Source: Calditrichales bacterium
GTDB taxonomy: Bacteria > Calditrichota > Calditrichia > Calditrichales > J004
Reading direction: 5' to 3'
Assembly: GCA_965267575.1 (NCBI GenBank)
Contig: OZ254086.1
Location: 2,080,001-2,144,000 of the forward strand
Length of the DNA: 64,000 nt
Of the stretch, positions 1-10,424 are shown piece by piece (position 1 is the first letter of the stretch; each line of letters begins with the position of its first letter). The notes below the pieces were generated by a model. It worked only from the letters and a program-made list of their open reading frames with translations. It searched no databases and had not been told where the DNA came from. The position numbers and the translations under genes are program-made.

Positions 1-206
1 GTTTTTTCGCGCAGATGCAGCAGCACCTCTTCTTTACCGCCAAAGTAATAATAGATGCTGTAGGGTGAAACCCCTGCTTTGCTGGCAATCTCGCTGATGT
101 GGGTTTGGTAATAACCTTTGCGAAGAACAAGCTTTACGGCGGCCTTAAGGATTTTATCGGGCTTGTTGTTTTTGCGTTTTTTGCGTTGACTTTTCCCCGT
201 CGGCAA
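1..206 (-). CDS. TetR/AcrR family transcriptional regulator (5' part; runs off window start)
   Basis: Manual translation of the reverse strand from TTG at 206 (GGAG upstream): MPTGKSQRKKRKNNKPDKILKAAVKLVLRKGYYQTHISEIASKAGVSPYSIYYYFGGKEEVL, a typical TetR HTH (IA..AGVS...IYYYF..KE). Confidence 0.85.
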   Translation of the reverse strand, partial: MPTGKSQRKKRKNNKPDKILKAAVKLVLRKGYYQTHISEIASKAGVSPYSIYYYFGGKEEVLLHLREK

Positions 207-405
207 AACGTTACTCCGTATAATTTGATTTTTCTGGAAAGTGAGTTAAGCTAAAATTAGCGTTTGCCTAAGACGCGATTGTGACCAATGACACGTAAAA
301 ACGTTAACTGTTTAAAAACCTCGCCGGGCAGACTTTTTTGATGCTGGAAAATAAATATGTCAACGGCTATTTTAAAGCTTTCATTTTAAATATAAAGGAG
401 AGACG

Positions 406-3400
406 GTGAAGAACGTTTCGTTGATGATCCTGCTGACTATTTGGTTTTGTTTTGCCGCAGAGAAAGATTGGGTTGTGGACAACAGCCACGGGCCTGCCGA
501 TACAATTAATGTGACGCTTGACGAAGGCACCTGGATGAACATTGATGTGAGTTCCGATGGCAAGCAGATTGTTTTTGACCTGCTGGGTGATATTTTCATA
601 ATGCCCGCAGAAGGCGGCGAGGCGACCCTGCTGGCAGGTGGCATGGCCTGGGAGGTGCAGCCGCGTTTCAGTCCGGACGGCAGCGCGATCAGTTTTACCA
701 GTGACCGCGGCGGAGCCGACAATATCTGGATTATGGACGCGGACGGCGGTAACAAGCGCCAGGTAACCAAAGAAGATTTCCGGCTGCTGAATAATGCAAT
801 TTGGATGCCCGATGGCGACTACCTTGTGGCCCGAAAACATTTTACCAGCAGGCGTTCGCTGGGTGCCGGCGAAATGTGGCTCTATCATAAAGCCGGCGGC
901 GCGGGTGTGCAGCTTTCCAAGCGCAAAAACGATCAGCAGGATGTTAACGAGCCGGCCATCTCTCCCGACGGGCGCTACCTCTATTTCAGCGAAGACATGT
1001 ACCCGGGCGGCTATTTTCAGTATAACAAAAATGTGCATCAGCGTGTTTACGCGGTGCGTCGCCTGGACATGCAAACCGGCGACCTGAAAAATATCATTTC
1101 GCTTAACGGCGGAGCCTGCCGCCCGCAGGTTTCCCCGGACGGAAAAACGATCGCTTTTGTACGCCGTGTGCGCGATAAATCGGTGCTTTACCTGTACGAT
1201 ATCGCCAGCGCCACAACGCGCCCCCTGTACGATAAACTGAGCCATGACCAGCAGGAGGCCTGGGCTATTTTTGGCGCCTACCCCGGTTTTGACTGGATGC
1301 CCGACGGCAACTCCATCGTGATTTGGGCGGATGGCAAAATTCGCGAAATAGACGCGGCCAGCGGTGAAGCACAGGTGATACCGTTTAAGCTGCAAACACA
1401 AAAAACAATTGCCCGGGCGCTGCGTTTTGAGCAGGATGTACATCCGGAAACGTTTACCGCTAAAATGATCCGCCATGCCGCTACGCACCCCTCCGGCAAG
1501 CAGATCGTTTTTAATGCCGTCGGCAACCTGTGGCTGAAAACACTGCCCGACGGTGAGCCCGAAAAACTGACCCCGGACAACATGCGCGCTTTCGAACCGG
1601 CTTACAGTCCCGATGGCAAGTGGATAGTTTTTGCCAGCTGGAACGATGCCGAACTGGGCCACATTTATAAAATGCACAGCTTGGGCGGGTCGCCGCAGCA
1701 ACTGACCAAACGCCCCGGCTATTACCACGCGCCGCGCTTTTCCCCCGATGGAAAGCGGGTAACCTATCAACGGGATAGCGGGGACCGCGTTCTGGGCTAT
1801 GCCCATGGCAATGAAACGGGACTCTACATCTGTGACAGCGAAGGCAATAACCACCGCCGCGTGGTGGAGCAGGGCTGGAGCCCGCGCTTCAATAGCGACG
1901 GCAGCCGCTTGTATTTCATGGACAGCGAGGGCGAAAAAAAGGTTCTGCGCAGCGTAGACCTGAATGGCGGTGATCAACGCACGCACTTCTCGTCCACTTA
2001 CAGTACCGACATGGTGCCCAGCCCCGATGGCCGCTGGCTGGCTTTCCGCGAGCTGTTTCAATTGTACGTGGTGCCTTTTCCGAACAGCGCGGCAACGATT
2101 GATTTGAGCGGCGGTATGAAGGCCCTTCCCGTAAAACAGGTCACCCGTGATGCCGGACGCGATGTGCACTGGAGCGCAGACAGCAAAAGTCTGCATTGGC
2201 TTCTGGGGGCGGAGTATTTCACGCGCGGTCTAAATGAAAGCTTTACTTTTGTGCAGGGCGCACCCGATTCGCTGCCTGCCATTGACAGCAGCGGCGTGGC
2301 CCTGGGCCTTACGGTTAAAAGCGACGTCCCAAAAGGTGTTGTAGCATTTCGCGGCGCGCGGATTGTAACCATGGACGGCGACCGGGTATTGGAAAACGGC
2401 ACGATCGTCGTAGAGGGTAATCGTATTAAAGCGCTGGGTCCGGCCGCGGATGTGCCGGTTCCCGGGGACGCCTTAGTTGTTGATGCCTCCGGCAAAACCA
2501 TCATACCGGGCATTATTGACGTGCACGCGCATCTGGCCAATCACTGGAGCGGCAGCGGCATCTTTCCCAACCAGGACTGGTCTTACCTGGCCAACCTGGC
2601 TTATGGCGTCACCACAACACACGATCCGTCCACCAACACCGAAATGTCCTTTGGGCAGGCCGAACTGGTTCAGGCCGGAAAGATGGTCGGGCCGCGCATT
2701 TTTAGCACGGGCACGATTTTATATGGCGCCGATGGTGACTTCAAGGCCGTTATAAGCAGCCCGGACGATGCCCGTTCGCATCTGCGGCGGCTGAAGGCGG
2801 TGGGCGCGTTTTCGGTAAAGAGCTATAACCAGCCGCGACGCAATCAGCGCCAGCAGGTAATTAAAGCCGCGCGCGAATTGCAGATGATGGTCTATCCGGA
2901 AGGGGGCAGCTTTTTCTTCCACAATATGTCCATGGTTGCCGACGGACATACCGGAATTGAGCATAATATTCCCGTTCAGCCCATTTACGATGATGTGGTG
3001 AAGTTCTGGAAGGCCAGCGGCACCGGTTATACCCCGACACTGGTGGTGAGCTACGGCAGCCTCTCCGGCGAATATTACTGGTACCATCATTACAATGTGT
3101 GGGAGAATGAGCGCCTGCTTACCTTTACACCGCGGTCGATTATTGACGCACGTTCCATCCGCCGGGAAATAGCCCCGGAGAATGATTACGCGCATATCGG
3201 CGTGGCTGAGCAATGCAAAAAATTACTGGATGCGGGGGTGAAAGTGAATCTTGGCGCGCATGGCCAGTTGCAGGGACTGGGCGCGCACTGGGAATTGTGG
3301 ATGCTGGAGCAGGGCGGTATGACACCCATGGAAGCGCTGCGTTGTGCCACGATAAACGGCGCCTATTACATCGGCATGGAAAAAGAACTGGGTTCGCTGG

Positions 3401-3636
3401 AAGCGGGCAAGCTGGCCGACCTGATCGTTCTTGATAAAAATCCCCTGGAAAATATCCGTAACAGCGATTCAGTGAACATGGTTATGGTCAACGGCCGGTT
3501 GTATGATGCCGCGACCATGAATGAAACCGGGAATAACAAGCGGGAGCGCGCGCCTTTATGGTGGGAAATGTACCCGGGAGCCGACGCGTTTCCCTGGCAC
3601 GAAGAGGCGGCAGGCCATTGCAACTGCGGCCGTTAG
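406..3636 (+). CDS. Secreted amidohydrolase with N-terminal TolB/PD40 beta-propeller repeats
   Basis: Signal peptide; many PD40-like repeats (PRFSPDG, PAISPDG, PQVSPDG, PAYSPDG); C-terminal amidohydrolase with IPGIIDVHAH and GSLEAGKLADLIVLDKNPL; AAGGAG RBS before GTG. Confidence 0.88.
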   Translation: MKNVSLMILLTIWFCFAAEKDWVVDNSHGPADTINVTLDEGTWMNIDVSSDGKQIVFDLLGDIFIMPAEGGEATLLAGGMAWEVQPRFSPDGSAISFTSDRGGADNIWIMDADGGNKRQVTKEDFRLLNNAIWMPDGDYLVARKHFTSRRSLGAGEMWLYHKAGGAGVQLSKRKNDQQDVNEPAISPDGRYLYFSEDMYPGGYFQYNKNVHQRVYAVRRLDMQTGDLKNIISLNGGACRPQVSPDGKTIAFVRRVRDKSVLYLYDIASATTRPLYDKLSHDQQEAWAIFGAYPGFDWMPDGNSIVIWADGKIREIDAASGEAQVIPFKLQTQKTIARALRFEQDVHPETFTAKMIRHAATHPSGKQIVFNAVGNLWLKTLPDGEPEKLTPDNMRAFEPAYSPDGKWIVFASWNDAELGHIYKMHSLGGSPQQLTKRPGYYHAPRFSPDGKRVTYQRDSGDRVLGYAHGNETGLYICDSEGNNHRRVVEQGWSPRFNSDGSRLYFMDSEGEKKVLRSVDLNGGDQRTHFSSTYSTDMVPSPDGRWLAFRELFQLYVVPFPNSAATIDLSGGMKALPVKQVTRDAGRDVHWSADSKSLHWLLGAEYFTRGLNESFTFVQGAPDSLPAIDSSGVALGLTVKSDVPKGVVAFRGARIVTMDGDRVLENGTIVVEGNRIKALGPAADVPVPGDALVVDASGKTIIPGIIDVHAHLANHWSGSGIFPNQDWSYLANLAYGVTTTHDPSTNTEMSFGQAELVQAGKMVGPRIFSTGTILYGADGDFKAVISSPDDARSHLRRLKAVGAFSVKSYNQPRRNQRQQVIKAARELQMMVYPEGGSFFFHNMSMVADGHTGIEHNIPVQPIYDDVVKFWKASGTGYTPTLVVSYGSLSGEYYWYHHYNVWENERLLTFTPRSIIDARSIRREIAPENDYAHIGVAEQCKKLLDAGVKVNLGAHGQLQGLGAHWELWMLEQGGMTPMEALRCATINGAYYIGMEKELGSLEAGKLADLIVLDKNPLENIRNSDSVNMVMVNGRLYDAATMNETGNNKRERAPLWWEMYPGADAFPWHEEAAGHCNCGR

Positions 3637-3769
3637 AAAAAGAATTTTTACAGAAAAAGAAATAACATGGATTGCCGGTTGATTATGATTAAGTTAAGAT
3701 CACGATCAGGAAAAAGATCATGATCATGAATAATAGGAACATGCTGGTATATTAACGTTGGAGAAAATC

Positions 3770-5215
3770 ATGTGGAAAAAAAGGGTTCTGTGGATTTCAC
3801 TGCTGGCTTTTATTGCATCGTGCGCCATAAACCCGGTGACGGGTAAGCGCGAGCTGATGCTGGTAAGTGAAGAAGAAGAAATACAGATGGGCCGCGAATA
3901 CGACCCGCAAATATCATCCATGTACGGCATCTACAACGACGAAAAACTGCTTAATTACGTGGATGGTATCGGTCAGAAAATGGCAAAAATATCGCACCGT
4001 CCGGATCTGAAATATGAGATCAAAGTGATGGACAGTCCGGTGATCAACGCCTTTGCCGTGCCCGGCGGCTATGTTTACATCACCCGCGGTATCCTGGCTT
4101 ACCTGAACAATGAAGCGGAACTTGCCGGTGTGGTCGGCCACGAAATCGGTCATATCACGGCGCGCCATTCGGCCAAGCAGATGAGCAAGGCGCAGCTGGC
4201 GCAGGTCGGCCTGGGGCTGGGTTCTATTTTTTCAGAAACATTTGCCCAGTATGCCGGTCTGGCCGAACAGGGCATCGGTCTTTTATTCTTAAAATATTCA
4301 CGGGACAACGAACGCCAGTCTGACGATCTTGGCGTGGAGTACAGCACAAAAGTGGGCTATGACGCGACTGAAATGGCCAATTTTTTCAAGGTCCTTGACC
4401 AGGTGGGCAAAAGAGGTTCCAGTGGCAACAGCCTCCCCGACTGGTTTTCGACACACCCCAATCCCGCGGACCGCGTTGTGGACGTGAAAAACGAAGCCCA
4501 AAAACTGCAGAAAAAATATCCTGACAAAAAGTTTGTGGTAAACCGTGATTCCTATTTGCAGCAGATCAACGGTATCGTTTACGGGCTCGATCCGCGCCAG
4601 GGTTTTGTGGAGCAAGATGTGTTTTACCATCCCGAGTTGCGTTTCCAGTTTCCCACGCCGGCCGGCTGGAAAGTAAACAATCTGCCCAGCCAGGTGCAGA
4701 TGATCTCTTCGGATGAAAAAGCGGTGATGGTTTTCCGCATTGAGGAAGCCAAGGAAACGGGAAAGGCCGCCAGCGATTTCGTGCAAAAGAACAATTTGAC
4801 CGTTGTTTCGCAGAAAGAGGTAAAAGTAAACGGTGCGCCGGCCACTGAACTGCTGGCGCGCGTGCAAACCCAAAACGGCATTCTGCAACTGCTCGCTACG
4901 TTTATCGGGTATAACGACAACGTTTACGGATTCCTTGGCTACACGATGGCCAATGATTTCGGAGCCTATGAAAGCGCGTTCCGAAACACCATGTTCGGTT
5001 TTGATGCCCTTCGTGACCGCAGCAAACTGAACCGCCAGCCTGACCGCATTCGCATAAAAGAAGCGCCGCGTGCCGGGACACTGAGTGAGGTGCTTGCCGC
5101 ATTAAATGTGGCTGCCGATGCACACGACGACCACGCCCTGCTCAATGGCGCCATGCAGCTAACAGATCAGGTTGCACGGGGCTACAAATTGAAAATTGTC
5201 GAAAAAGGAAATTAG
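3770..5215 (+). CDS. M48 family Zn-metalloprotease lipoprotein (BepA/YfgC-like)
   Basis: Lipobox-like FIASC; NAFAVPGG, HEIGH zinc motif, E..SD, STHP motif. Start moved to the ATG at 3770, which has GGAG upstream. Confidence 0.88.
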   Translation: MWKKRVLWISLLAFIASCAINPVTGKRELMLVSEEEEIQMGREYDPQISSMYGIYNDEKLLNYVDGIGQKMAKISHRPDLKYEIKVMDSPVINAFAVPGGYVYITRGILAYLNNEAELAGVVGHEIGHITARHSAKQMSKAQLAQVGLGLGSIFSETFAQYAGLAEQGIGLLFLKYSRDNERQSDDLGVEYSTKVGYDATEMANFFKVLDQVGKRGSSGNSLPDWFSTHPNPADRVVDVKNEAQKLQKKYPDKKFVVNRDSYLQQINGIVYGLDPRQGFVEQDVFYHPELRFQFPTPAGWKVNNLPSQVQMISSDEKAVMVFRIEEAKETGKAASDFVQKNNLTVVSQKEVKVNGAPATELLARVQTQNGILQLLATFIGYNDNVYGFLGYTMANDFGAYESAFRNTMFGFDALRDRSKLNRQPDRIRIKEAPRAGTLSEVLAALNVAADAHDDHALLNGAMQLTDQVARGYKLKIVEKGN

Positions 5216-5224
5216 AATTACAAC

Positions 5225-5770
5225 ATGCGTAAAGTGCTTTCGGGCGTAAGCCTTTTTTTGGCGATTGCCTTGGTCCAGTCGTGCGGCTCGTCTGCGGAAT
5301 CCACGGAGGATATACAGGCCGTGGAGAGTCTGGACCTGCAGCGCTACAGCGGCACCTGGTATGAAATATCCCGCCTGCCCAACCGTTTTGAAGAGGGGCT
5401 GATTAATATTACGGCCACCTATACGCTGAAAGAAGACGGCTCAATCGCCGTGCTTAACCGCGGGTTTGATGTGGAAGATAAGGAATGGCGGGAAGCTGAC
5501 GGGGAAGCCCATGTTGAGCAGCCGCCGGCAACTTTGGAGGTGAGCTTTTTCTGGTTTTTCGGCAGCACATACAAGGTAATCGCACTGGACCAGGAACGTT
5601 ATCAGTGGGCGATGGTTACCAGCAGTACGAAAGACTATTTGTGGATTTTGGGTCGAAGCCCGCACATGGAGAGTGACATTTATGAGATGCTTGTTGAACG
5701 CGCCCGGGGCTGGGGCTTCGCGGTGGATAAGCTTATAAAGGTAAAGCAAAAACCTTTGGATCAGGTTTAA
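5225..5770 (+). CDS. blc: Outer-membrane lipoprotein lipocalin
   Basis: Lipobox LVQSC; lipocalin motifs DLQRYSGTWYEI and YLWILGR. Confidence 0.88.
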   Translation: MRKVLSGVSLFLAIALVQSCGSSAESTEDIQAVESLDLQRYSGTWYEISRLPNRFEEGLINITATYTLKEDGSIAVLNRGFDVEDKEWREADGEAHVEQPPATLEVSFFWFFGSTYKVIALDQERYQWAMVTSSTKDYLWILGRSPHMESDIYEMLVERARGWGFAVDKLIKVKQKPLDQV

Positions 5771-5825
5771 AACAAACGGGGCATTGCAGGTGTGAAAATA
5801 TTTCACCCTGAACGCGATGCCCCTT

Positions 5826-6005
5826 TTATTTTTTCAGGTTGCCCAGTTTTTTGCGCAGTTCTTCCAGGCGCATTTCATGATAATGGATCTGGCGCCGAAT
5901 CAGCCGCTCTTCAAGCGATAAGCCTTTGTCGCTGCTGATATAGAGTGAAAGTGTCGGTTCCCGTTTTTCCGGTTCTGCCTGGCTGCTTTTTGCTGCTTCT
6001 GTCAT
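5826..6005 (-). CDS. Small hypothetical protein (about 59 aa, coiled-coil C-terminus)
   Basis: ATG at 6005 preceded by AAGGAGG; MTEAAKSSQAEPEKREPTLSLYISSDKGLSLEERLIRRQIHYHEMRLEELRKKLGNLKK. Confidence 0.5.
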   Translation of the reverse strand: MTEAAKSSQAEPEKREPTLSLYISSDKGLSLEERLIRRQIHYHEMRLEELRKKLGNLKK

Positions 6006-6118
6006 GTTGACCTCCTTCGGTTTCCACATTAAAGTACAAGCATTGTGCCACTATGTAAGTCACAGCAAGTCTATTGTATTTCCGCTTTTTTGCAGATAGC
6101 AGAATCGTATTGTTTTGT

Positions 6119-9100
6119 TTACCCTTTTGTTATTTTCTCCATGTTGTCCTCTTCTTTTACAGGTACTCTTTTTTCCAGCCAGTTGTAGATGGTTGGCAGC
6201 ACAAAAAGCGTCAGAAAGGTGGATGTGATCAATCCGCCAATGACCACGGATGCCAGAGGCCGCTGTACTTCGGAGCCCGGACCTACGTTAAAGGCCATGG
6301 GGATAAACCCGAGGCTAGCCACCAGCGCGGTCATCAAGACCGGGCGCAGACGGTCGGCGGCGCCTTCAATAACAGTGTCACGGATGCTCAGGCCCTTTTC
6401 ACGCAGATTGTTTAAATGCTCCACCAATACAATGCCATTTAGCACGGCAACACCAAACAGCGCCACAAAGCCGATACTGGCGCTTACGGAAACATACAAT
6501 CCACGTAGCCACAGCATAAAAATACCACCGGTTAATGCAAAGGGCAGGTTGAGGAAGACAAGCAGTACATAGCGCATCTTCCCGAACATGAGGTACATCA
6601 GTCCAAGAATGATCAACAGGGCCAGCGGCACCACGAGGAACAGGTGGTTTACGGCGCGCTGCTGGTTTTCAAATTCGCCGCCGTATTCAAGGAAATAACC
6701 GGCCGGAATGTCCACACGCTCATCGATGGCCTGCTGCAGGTTTGCCACGTAGCTGCCAATGTCAATATCCTCCAGGTTGGCGCCAACGATAACCCTGCGC
6801 CAGCCATTCTCACGGGCGATTTCGCGCGGGCCTTCCTGTGCTTCCACGCGGGCCACGCGCTTAAGAGGAATGTAGCCGCCATTGGGCAAATGCACCGGCA
6901 CCTCGCTGATTTGTTCAAAAGAAGCACGAATGTCCTGTGGAAAACGCATGATGATGTCGAAGCGGCGCTGGCCTTCAAACACTTCACTGACCGGCTGCCC
7001 GCCGATGCCCACTTCGATGACGCGTTGCACGTCGTCCACGTTAAGGCCGTAGGCAGCAACCTCATTGCGGTCGATGGCGACGTTGAGGTAAGGCTGACCA
7101 CCGGGCTGCTCCAGGTAAAAGTTGGCTGTGCCCGGCAACGTGCGCACAACATCCACAATCGCGTTGCCCACATCATTTAAAACTTCCAAATCTTCACCGA
7201 ATACTTTAACGGCCACATCTGACTTTACGCCGCTGGTTAGTTCATCCACGCGCATGGCGATGGGCTGGGTAAAATTGTATGCCAGCCCCGGTTCGCTTTT
7301 CAAATAAGGTTCGATCAGGCGATTTATTCTTTCCTTGGTTATTCCGGGACGCCACTCATCCATGGGCTTTAGCAAAACCCAGACGTCGGTTTGATGCACG
7401 CCCATCCAGTCGTTGGCCAAATCGCTGCGACCGGTTTTGGGTACCACGGTGCGGATCTCCGGAATATTGCGTTTCAGTTCGCCGGCCAGCCAGTTGGCAT
7501 TTTCCACTGACTCTTCCAACGTAACGCTGGGCATGCGAATCTGCTCAACGAGGATCGATCCTTCATCCAGCTCCGGTAAAAATTCCGTGCCGGAGTTCCA
7601 CAGAACCACCAGTGAAAAGAGAAAGATCAGTACGGCGGAAGGCAAAACGATGATCTTGTTATCGAGGTGCCATTGCAGCAGCCTCTGGTAGCGCGGCTTA
7701 AGCCATTCGATTACGCGGTTCCGCTTTACTTTAACGCCCTTCTTAAAAACGATCGATGACATGGCCGGCACAAAGATCAGCGCCAGTAGCAGCGAACCGA
7801 AAACGGCGGTCGCAACTGTGATAGCCATCGGACGGAACAGGATACCTTCCATGCCGCTGAAAGTGATGATGGGGACATAGACCATCAGGATAATCAGCAC
7901 ACCGAAGAAAATGGGACGGGCCACCTCTCTGGCTGCCGCGGCGATAACGGCGATCTTGCTGCCTTTGCTGTTTTGCTGCAAGCGGTGCACGATGTTTTCC
8001 ATCATCACCACGGAACCATCCACCACCATACCAAAGTCGATGGCGCCGAGGCTCATCAGGTTAGCTGCCAGTCCAAACTCACGCATGCCGATAAAGGCGA
8101 ACAGCATCGAAAGCGGAATCACCGAGGCCACAATCAGCGCGCCGCGTATTTCGCCAAGCAAGGCCAGCAATACCACGATGACCAGGAAACCGCCCTCAAC
8201 AAGGTTGGTGATCAGCGTATTGGTGGTGCGGTCTATCAGGTCGGATTGATCATAAAACGGGTCGATGTGCACACCTTCGGGCAGGCCTTTGTTGATCGAG
8301 GCAATGCGTTCTTCAACATCGCTGATCACCTCACGGCCGTTATACCCGCGCAGCATCATGATGATGCCCGTTACCACTTCGCCGCGACCATCCTGTGTCA
8401 CCGCACCTTGGCGCAGCTGCCGCCCCGGCTGGATGTCGGCGATTTCGTAAAGGTAAACCGGACGGTCCGACAGACGCGTAACGATAATGTTGCCGATATC
8501 CGCGGCGCTGTTGATCTGGCCGAAGCCACGAATGATATATTGCTCGCGGTTATGCTCCAGGTAGTTGCCGCCGGAAACGCTGTTGTTGCTGGCGATGGCT
8601 TCCATGACCTCGCCCAGGCCAATTCCCAGCTGGCGCAGCTTGCCGGGCCGTACAATGACATCGTATTGCTTCACGTAACCGCCGAATGAGTTGATTTCTG
8701 TAACACCCTGGACGTTTTTAAGCTGCGGGGCGATCAGCCAGTCCTGGATGGTGCGCAATTCGGTGAGACTGTATCCATCCCCGCGCACCACGTATTGGTA
8801 GATTTCACCAAGGGCGGTGGAGATGGGTCCCAGCTGTGGCGCCGATACCCCTTCCGGCAGCTCATCCACGATGCTCTGCACACGCTGGCTTACAAGCTGG
8901 CGGGCAAAATAGGTATCCGTGCCTTCCTCAAATTCCACGGTGACGGCCGAGAGGCCAAACTGCGAGATGGAGCGCACTTCGCTCACGTTGGGCAGACCGC
9001 TCATGGCCGTTTCGACGGGAAAGCTGACCAGCCGTTCCACGTCGTAAGGCGAATAACGTCCCGCTTTGGTAATTACCAGCACCTGTATCGGTGTTACGTC

Positions 9101-9220
9101 GGGCAGCGAGTTGATCGGGATATCGCTCAAAGCGCGGTAACCGCCAAAAGCCATCAGCGCAACAAGCGACAAGGCGACAAATTTCTGGCGCAGACTGAAG
9201 TCAATAAGTTTATGCAGCAT
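6119..9220 (-). CDS. czcA: Heavy-metal efflux RND inner-membrane pump, CzcA/CusA family
   Basis: 1033 aa; NLMSLGAIDFGMVVD (DFG-type TM4 of CzcA-like pumps), RLRPVLMTALVASLGFIP, QRPLASVVIGG. Confidence 0.92.
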   Translation of the reverse strand: MLHKLIDFSLRQKFVALSLVALMAFGGYRALSDIPINSLPDVTPIQVLVITKAGRYSPYDVERLVSFPVETAMSGLPNVSEVRSISQFGLSAVTVEFEEGTDTYFARQLVSQRVQSIVDELPEGVSAPQLGPISTALGEIYQYVVRGDGYSLTELRTIQDWLIAPQLKNVQGVTEINSFGGYVKQYDVIVRPGKLRQLGIGLGEVMEAIASNNSVSGGNYLEHNREQYIIRGFGQINSAADIGNIIVTRLSDRPVYLYEIADIQPGRQLRQGAVTQDGRGEVVTGIIMMLRGYNGREVISDVEERIASINKGLPEGVHIDPFYDQSDLIDRTTNTLITNLVEGGFLVIVVLLALLGEIRGALIVASVIPLSMLFAFIGMREFGLAANLMSLGAIDFGMVVDGSVVMMENIVHRLQQNSKGSKIAVIAAAAREVARPIFFGVLIILMVYVPIITFSGMEGILFRPMAITVATAVFGSLLLALIFVPAMSSIVFKKGVKVKRNRVIEWLKPRYQRLLQWHLDNKIIVLPSAVLIFLFSLVVLWNSGTEFLPELDEGSILVEQIRMPSVTLEESVENANWLAGELKRNIPEIRTVVPKTGRSDLANDWMGVHQTDVWVLLKPMDEWRPGITKERINRLIEPYLKSEPGLAYNFTQPIAMRVDELTSGVKSDVAVKVFGEDLEVLNDVGNAIVDVVRTLPGTANFYLEQPGGQPYLNVAIDRNEVAAYGLNVDDVQRVIEVGIGGQPVSEVFEGQRRFDIIMRFPQDIRASFEQISEVPVHLPNGGYIPLKRVARVEAQEGPREIARENGWRRVIVGANLEDIDIGSYVANLQQAIDERVDIPAGYFLEYGGEFENQQRAVNHLFLVVPLALLIILGLMYLMFGKMRYVLLVFLNLPFALTGGIFMLWLRGLYVSVSASIGFVALFGVAVLNGIVLVEHLNNLREKGLSIRDTVIEGAADRLRPVLMTALVASLGFIPMAFNVGPGSEVQRPLASVVIGGLITSTFLTLFVLPTIYNWLEKRVPVKEEDNMEKITKG

Positions 9221-9229
9221 GAGATTCTC

Positions 9230-10414
9230 CTATTCCTCCGCAAATTCGCTGTATTTGCTGAGAGCCTTGAGCGTGAATATCTGGTTGACGGCTACTTCCT
9301 CACCGGGCTGCAGGCCGCCGGCAACAATGGCCTGTTTACCGCTGATACGGTCGACGCTGATAATGCGTTTTTCAAACTGGTCCGGTGCCAGACGCACAAA
9401 AACGGCCGGTTTATCGCCCTCGTACTGGATGGCGGCGAACGGAATAAAGATCACCTCTCCGGGACTTTGGGCCTTGATCTCCATGCGCACGTTTTGTCCC
9501 GGGCGCAGCCATTGCGGCGGGTTGCTGACGAAACTGTTCACGGTCACCGAGCGGTTCTGCTCATCCAACAGCGGCACCAGGCTGCTGATGCTGCTGCTGA
9601 GCGCTTCGCCCCTGTTTTCACGCAACGCGATGCGTACGGCGTTACCTTCGGAGACAAAAGCCGCATCCTCCGGCGCCACGTAGCCGCGCACCATCACCCG
9701 TCTTGGGTTAACGATGGTACCCATGCGCGCGTAGCGTTCCACTGCCTGGCCCATATCTACCAGGTGCTCGGTAATAATGCCGTCCAGCGGTGCACGGATG
9801 GGCAAGTGCGGGTGCTCACTGCCCGATTTTTTCCACATCTCCAGGTCCTGCTCATCAACTCCTACAGCCAGTAAACGGGCGTATGCGGCCTGGACGGCGG
9901 TTTTGGCGCGGGCGTAATCGACGCGGCTTTGCTCCAGTTCACGCAGCGATTTAATGCGCTTTTCATACAGCTGCTGCTGCCGTTCCAGCTGCGCTTTGCG
10001 GAAGCTCTCTTCGGCGCTGCCGGTCAGGTAATCGGCCAGCAGGTTGGCAAACTCCAAACTTTCCAGTTCCAGCAGTACGTCGCCTTTTTTGACCCGTTCG
10101 CCCTCGTGAGCCAGGATTTTAACAACCAGCCCTTCGATGGGTGCGCTGACGATGAAGATGTGATCCGGCGCCGGCTGAACCGTTGCCGAAACAGTGACCG
10201 GGAAAGTGGTTTCCCCGCGCTGCACGGCGATGGTTTCGATTTTAAGATGTGCGGCCTGGGCCGAGTCCAGCTCGATTAACACAGGCCCGGCGCTCTCCCC
10301 GCCAGTCAGGGAAGGCGGCACGCTGCCGCTGTCTGTTGCCACGGTTTCATCGTTAGCCCCGCAGGATACGCTGATGAGCAGGGCGCTTGTCAGCAATACA
10401 AAAAGTCGTATCAT
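9230..10414 (-). CDS. czcB: RND efflux periplasmic adaptor (CzcB/CusB)
   Basis: ATG at 10414 with AAGGAG RBS and lipobox ISVSC; lipoyl half-motifs (APIEG..GERVKKGDVLL; IRAPLDG); lies between OMF and RND genes. Confidence 0.88.
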   Translation of the reverse strand: MIRLFVLLTSALLISVSCGANDETVATDSGSVPPSLTGGESAGPVLIELDSAQAAHLKIETIAVQRGETTFPVTVSATVQPAPDHIFIVSAPIEGLVVKILAHEGERVKKGDVLLELESLEFANLLADYLTGSAEESFRKAQLERQQQLYEKRIKSLRELEQSRVDYARAKTAVQAAYARLLAVGVDEQDLEMWKKSGSEHPHLPIRAPLDGIITEHLVDMGQAVERYARMGTIVNPRRVMVRGYVAPEDAAFVSEGNAVRIALRENRGEALSSSISSLVPLLDEQNRSVTVNSFVSNPPQWLRPGQNVRMEIKAQSPGEVIFIPFAAIQYEGDKPAVFVRLAPDQFEKRIISVDRISGKQAIVAGGLQPGEEVAVNQIFTLKALSKYSEFAEE

Positions 10415-10424
10415 GTTTCTCTCC

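Noticed and set aside
367-2196. 609-aa reverse-strand ORF
   Set aside because: Antisense shadow of the well-supported amidohydrolase; no recognisable motifs.
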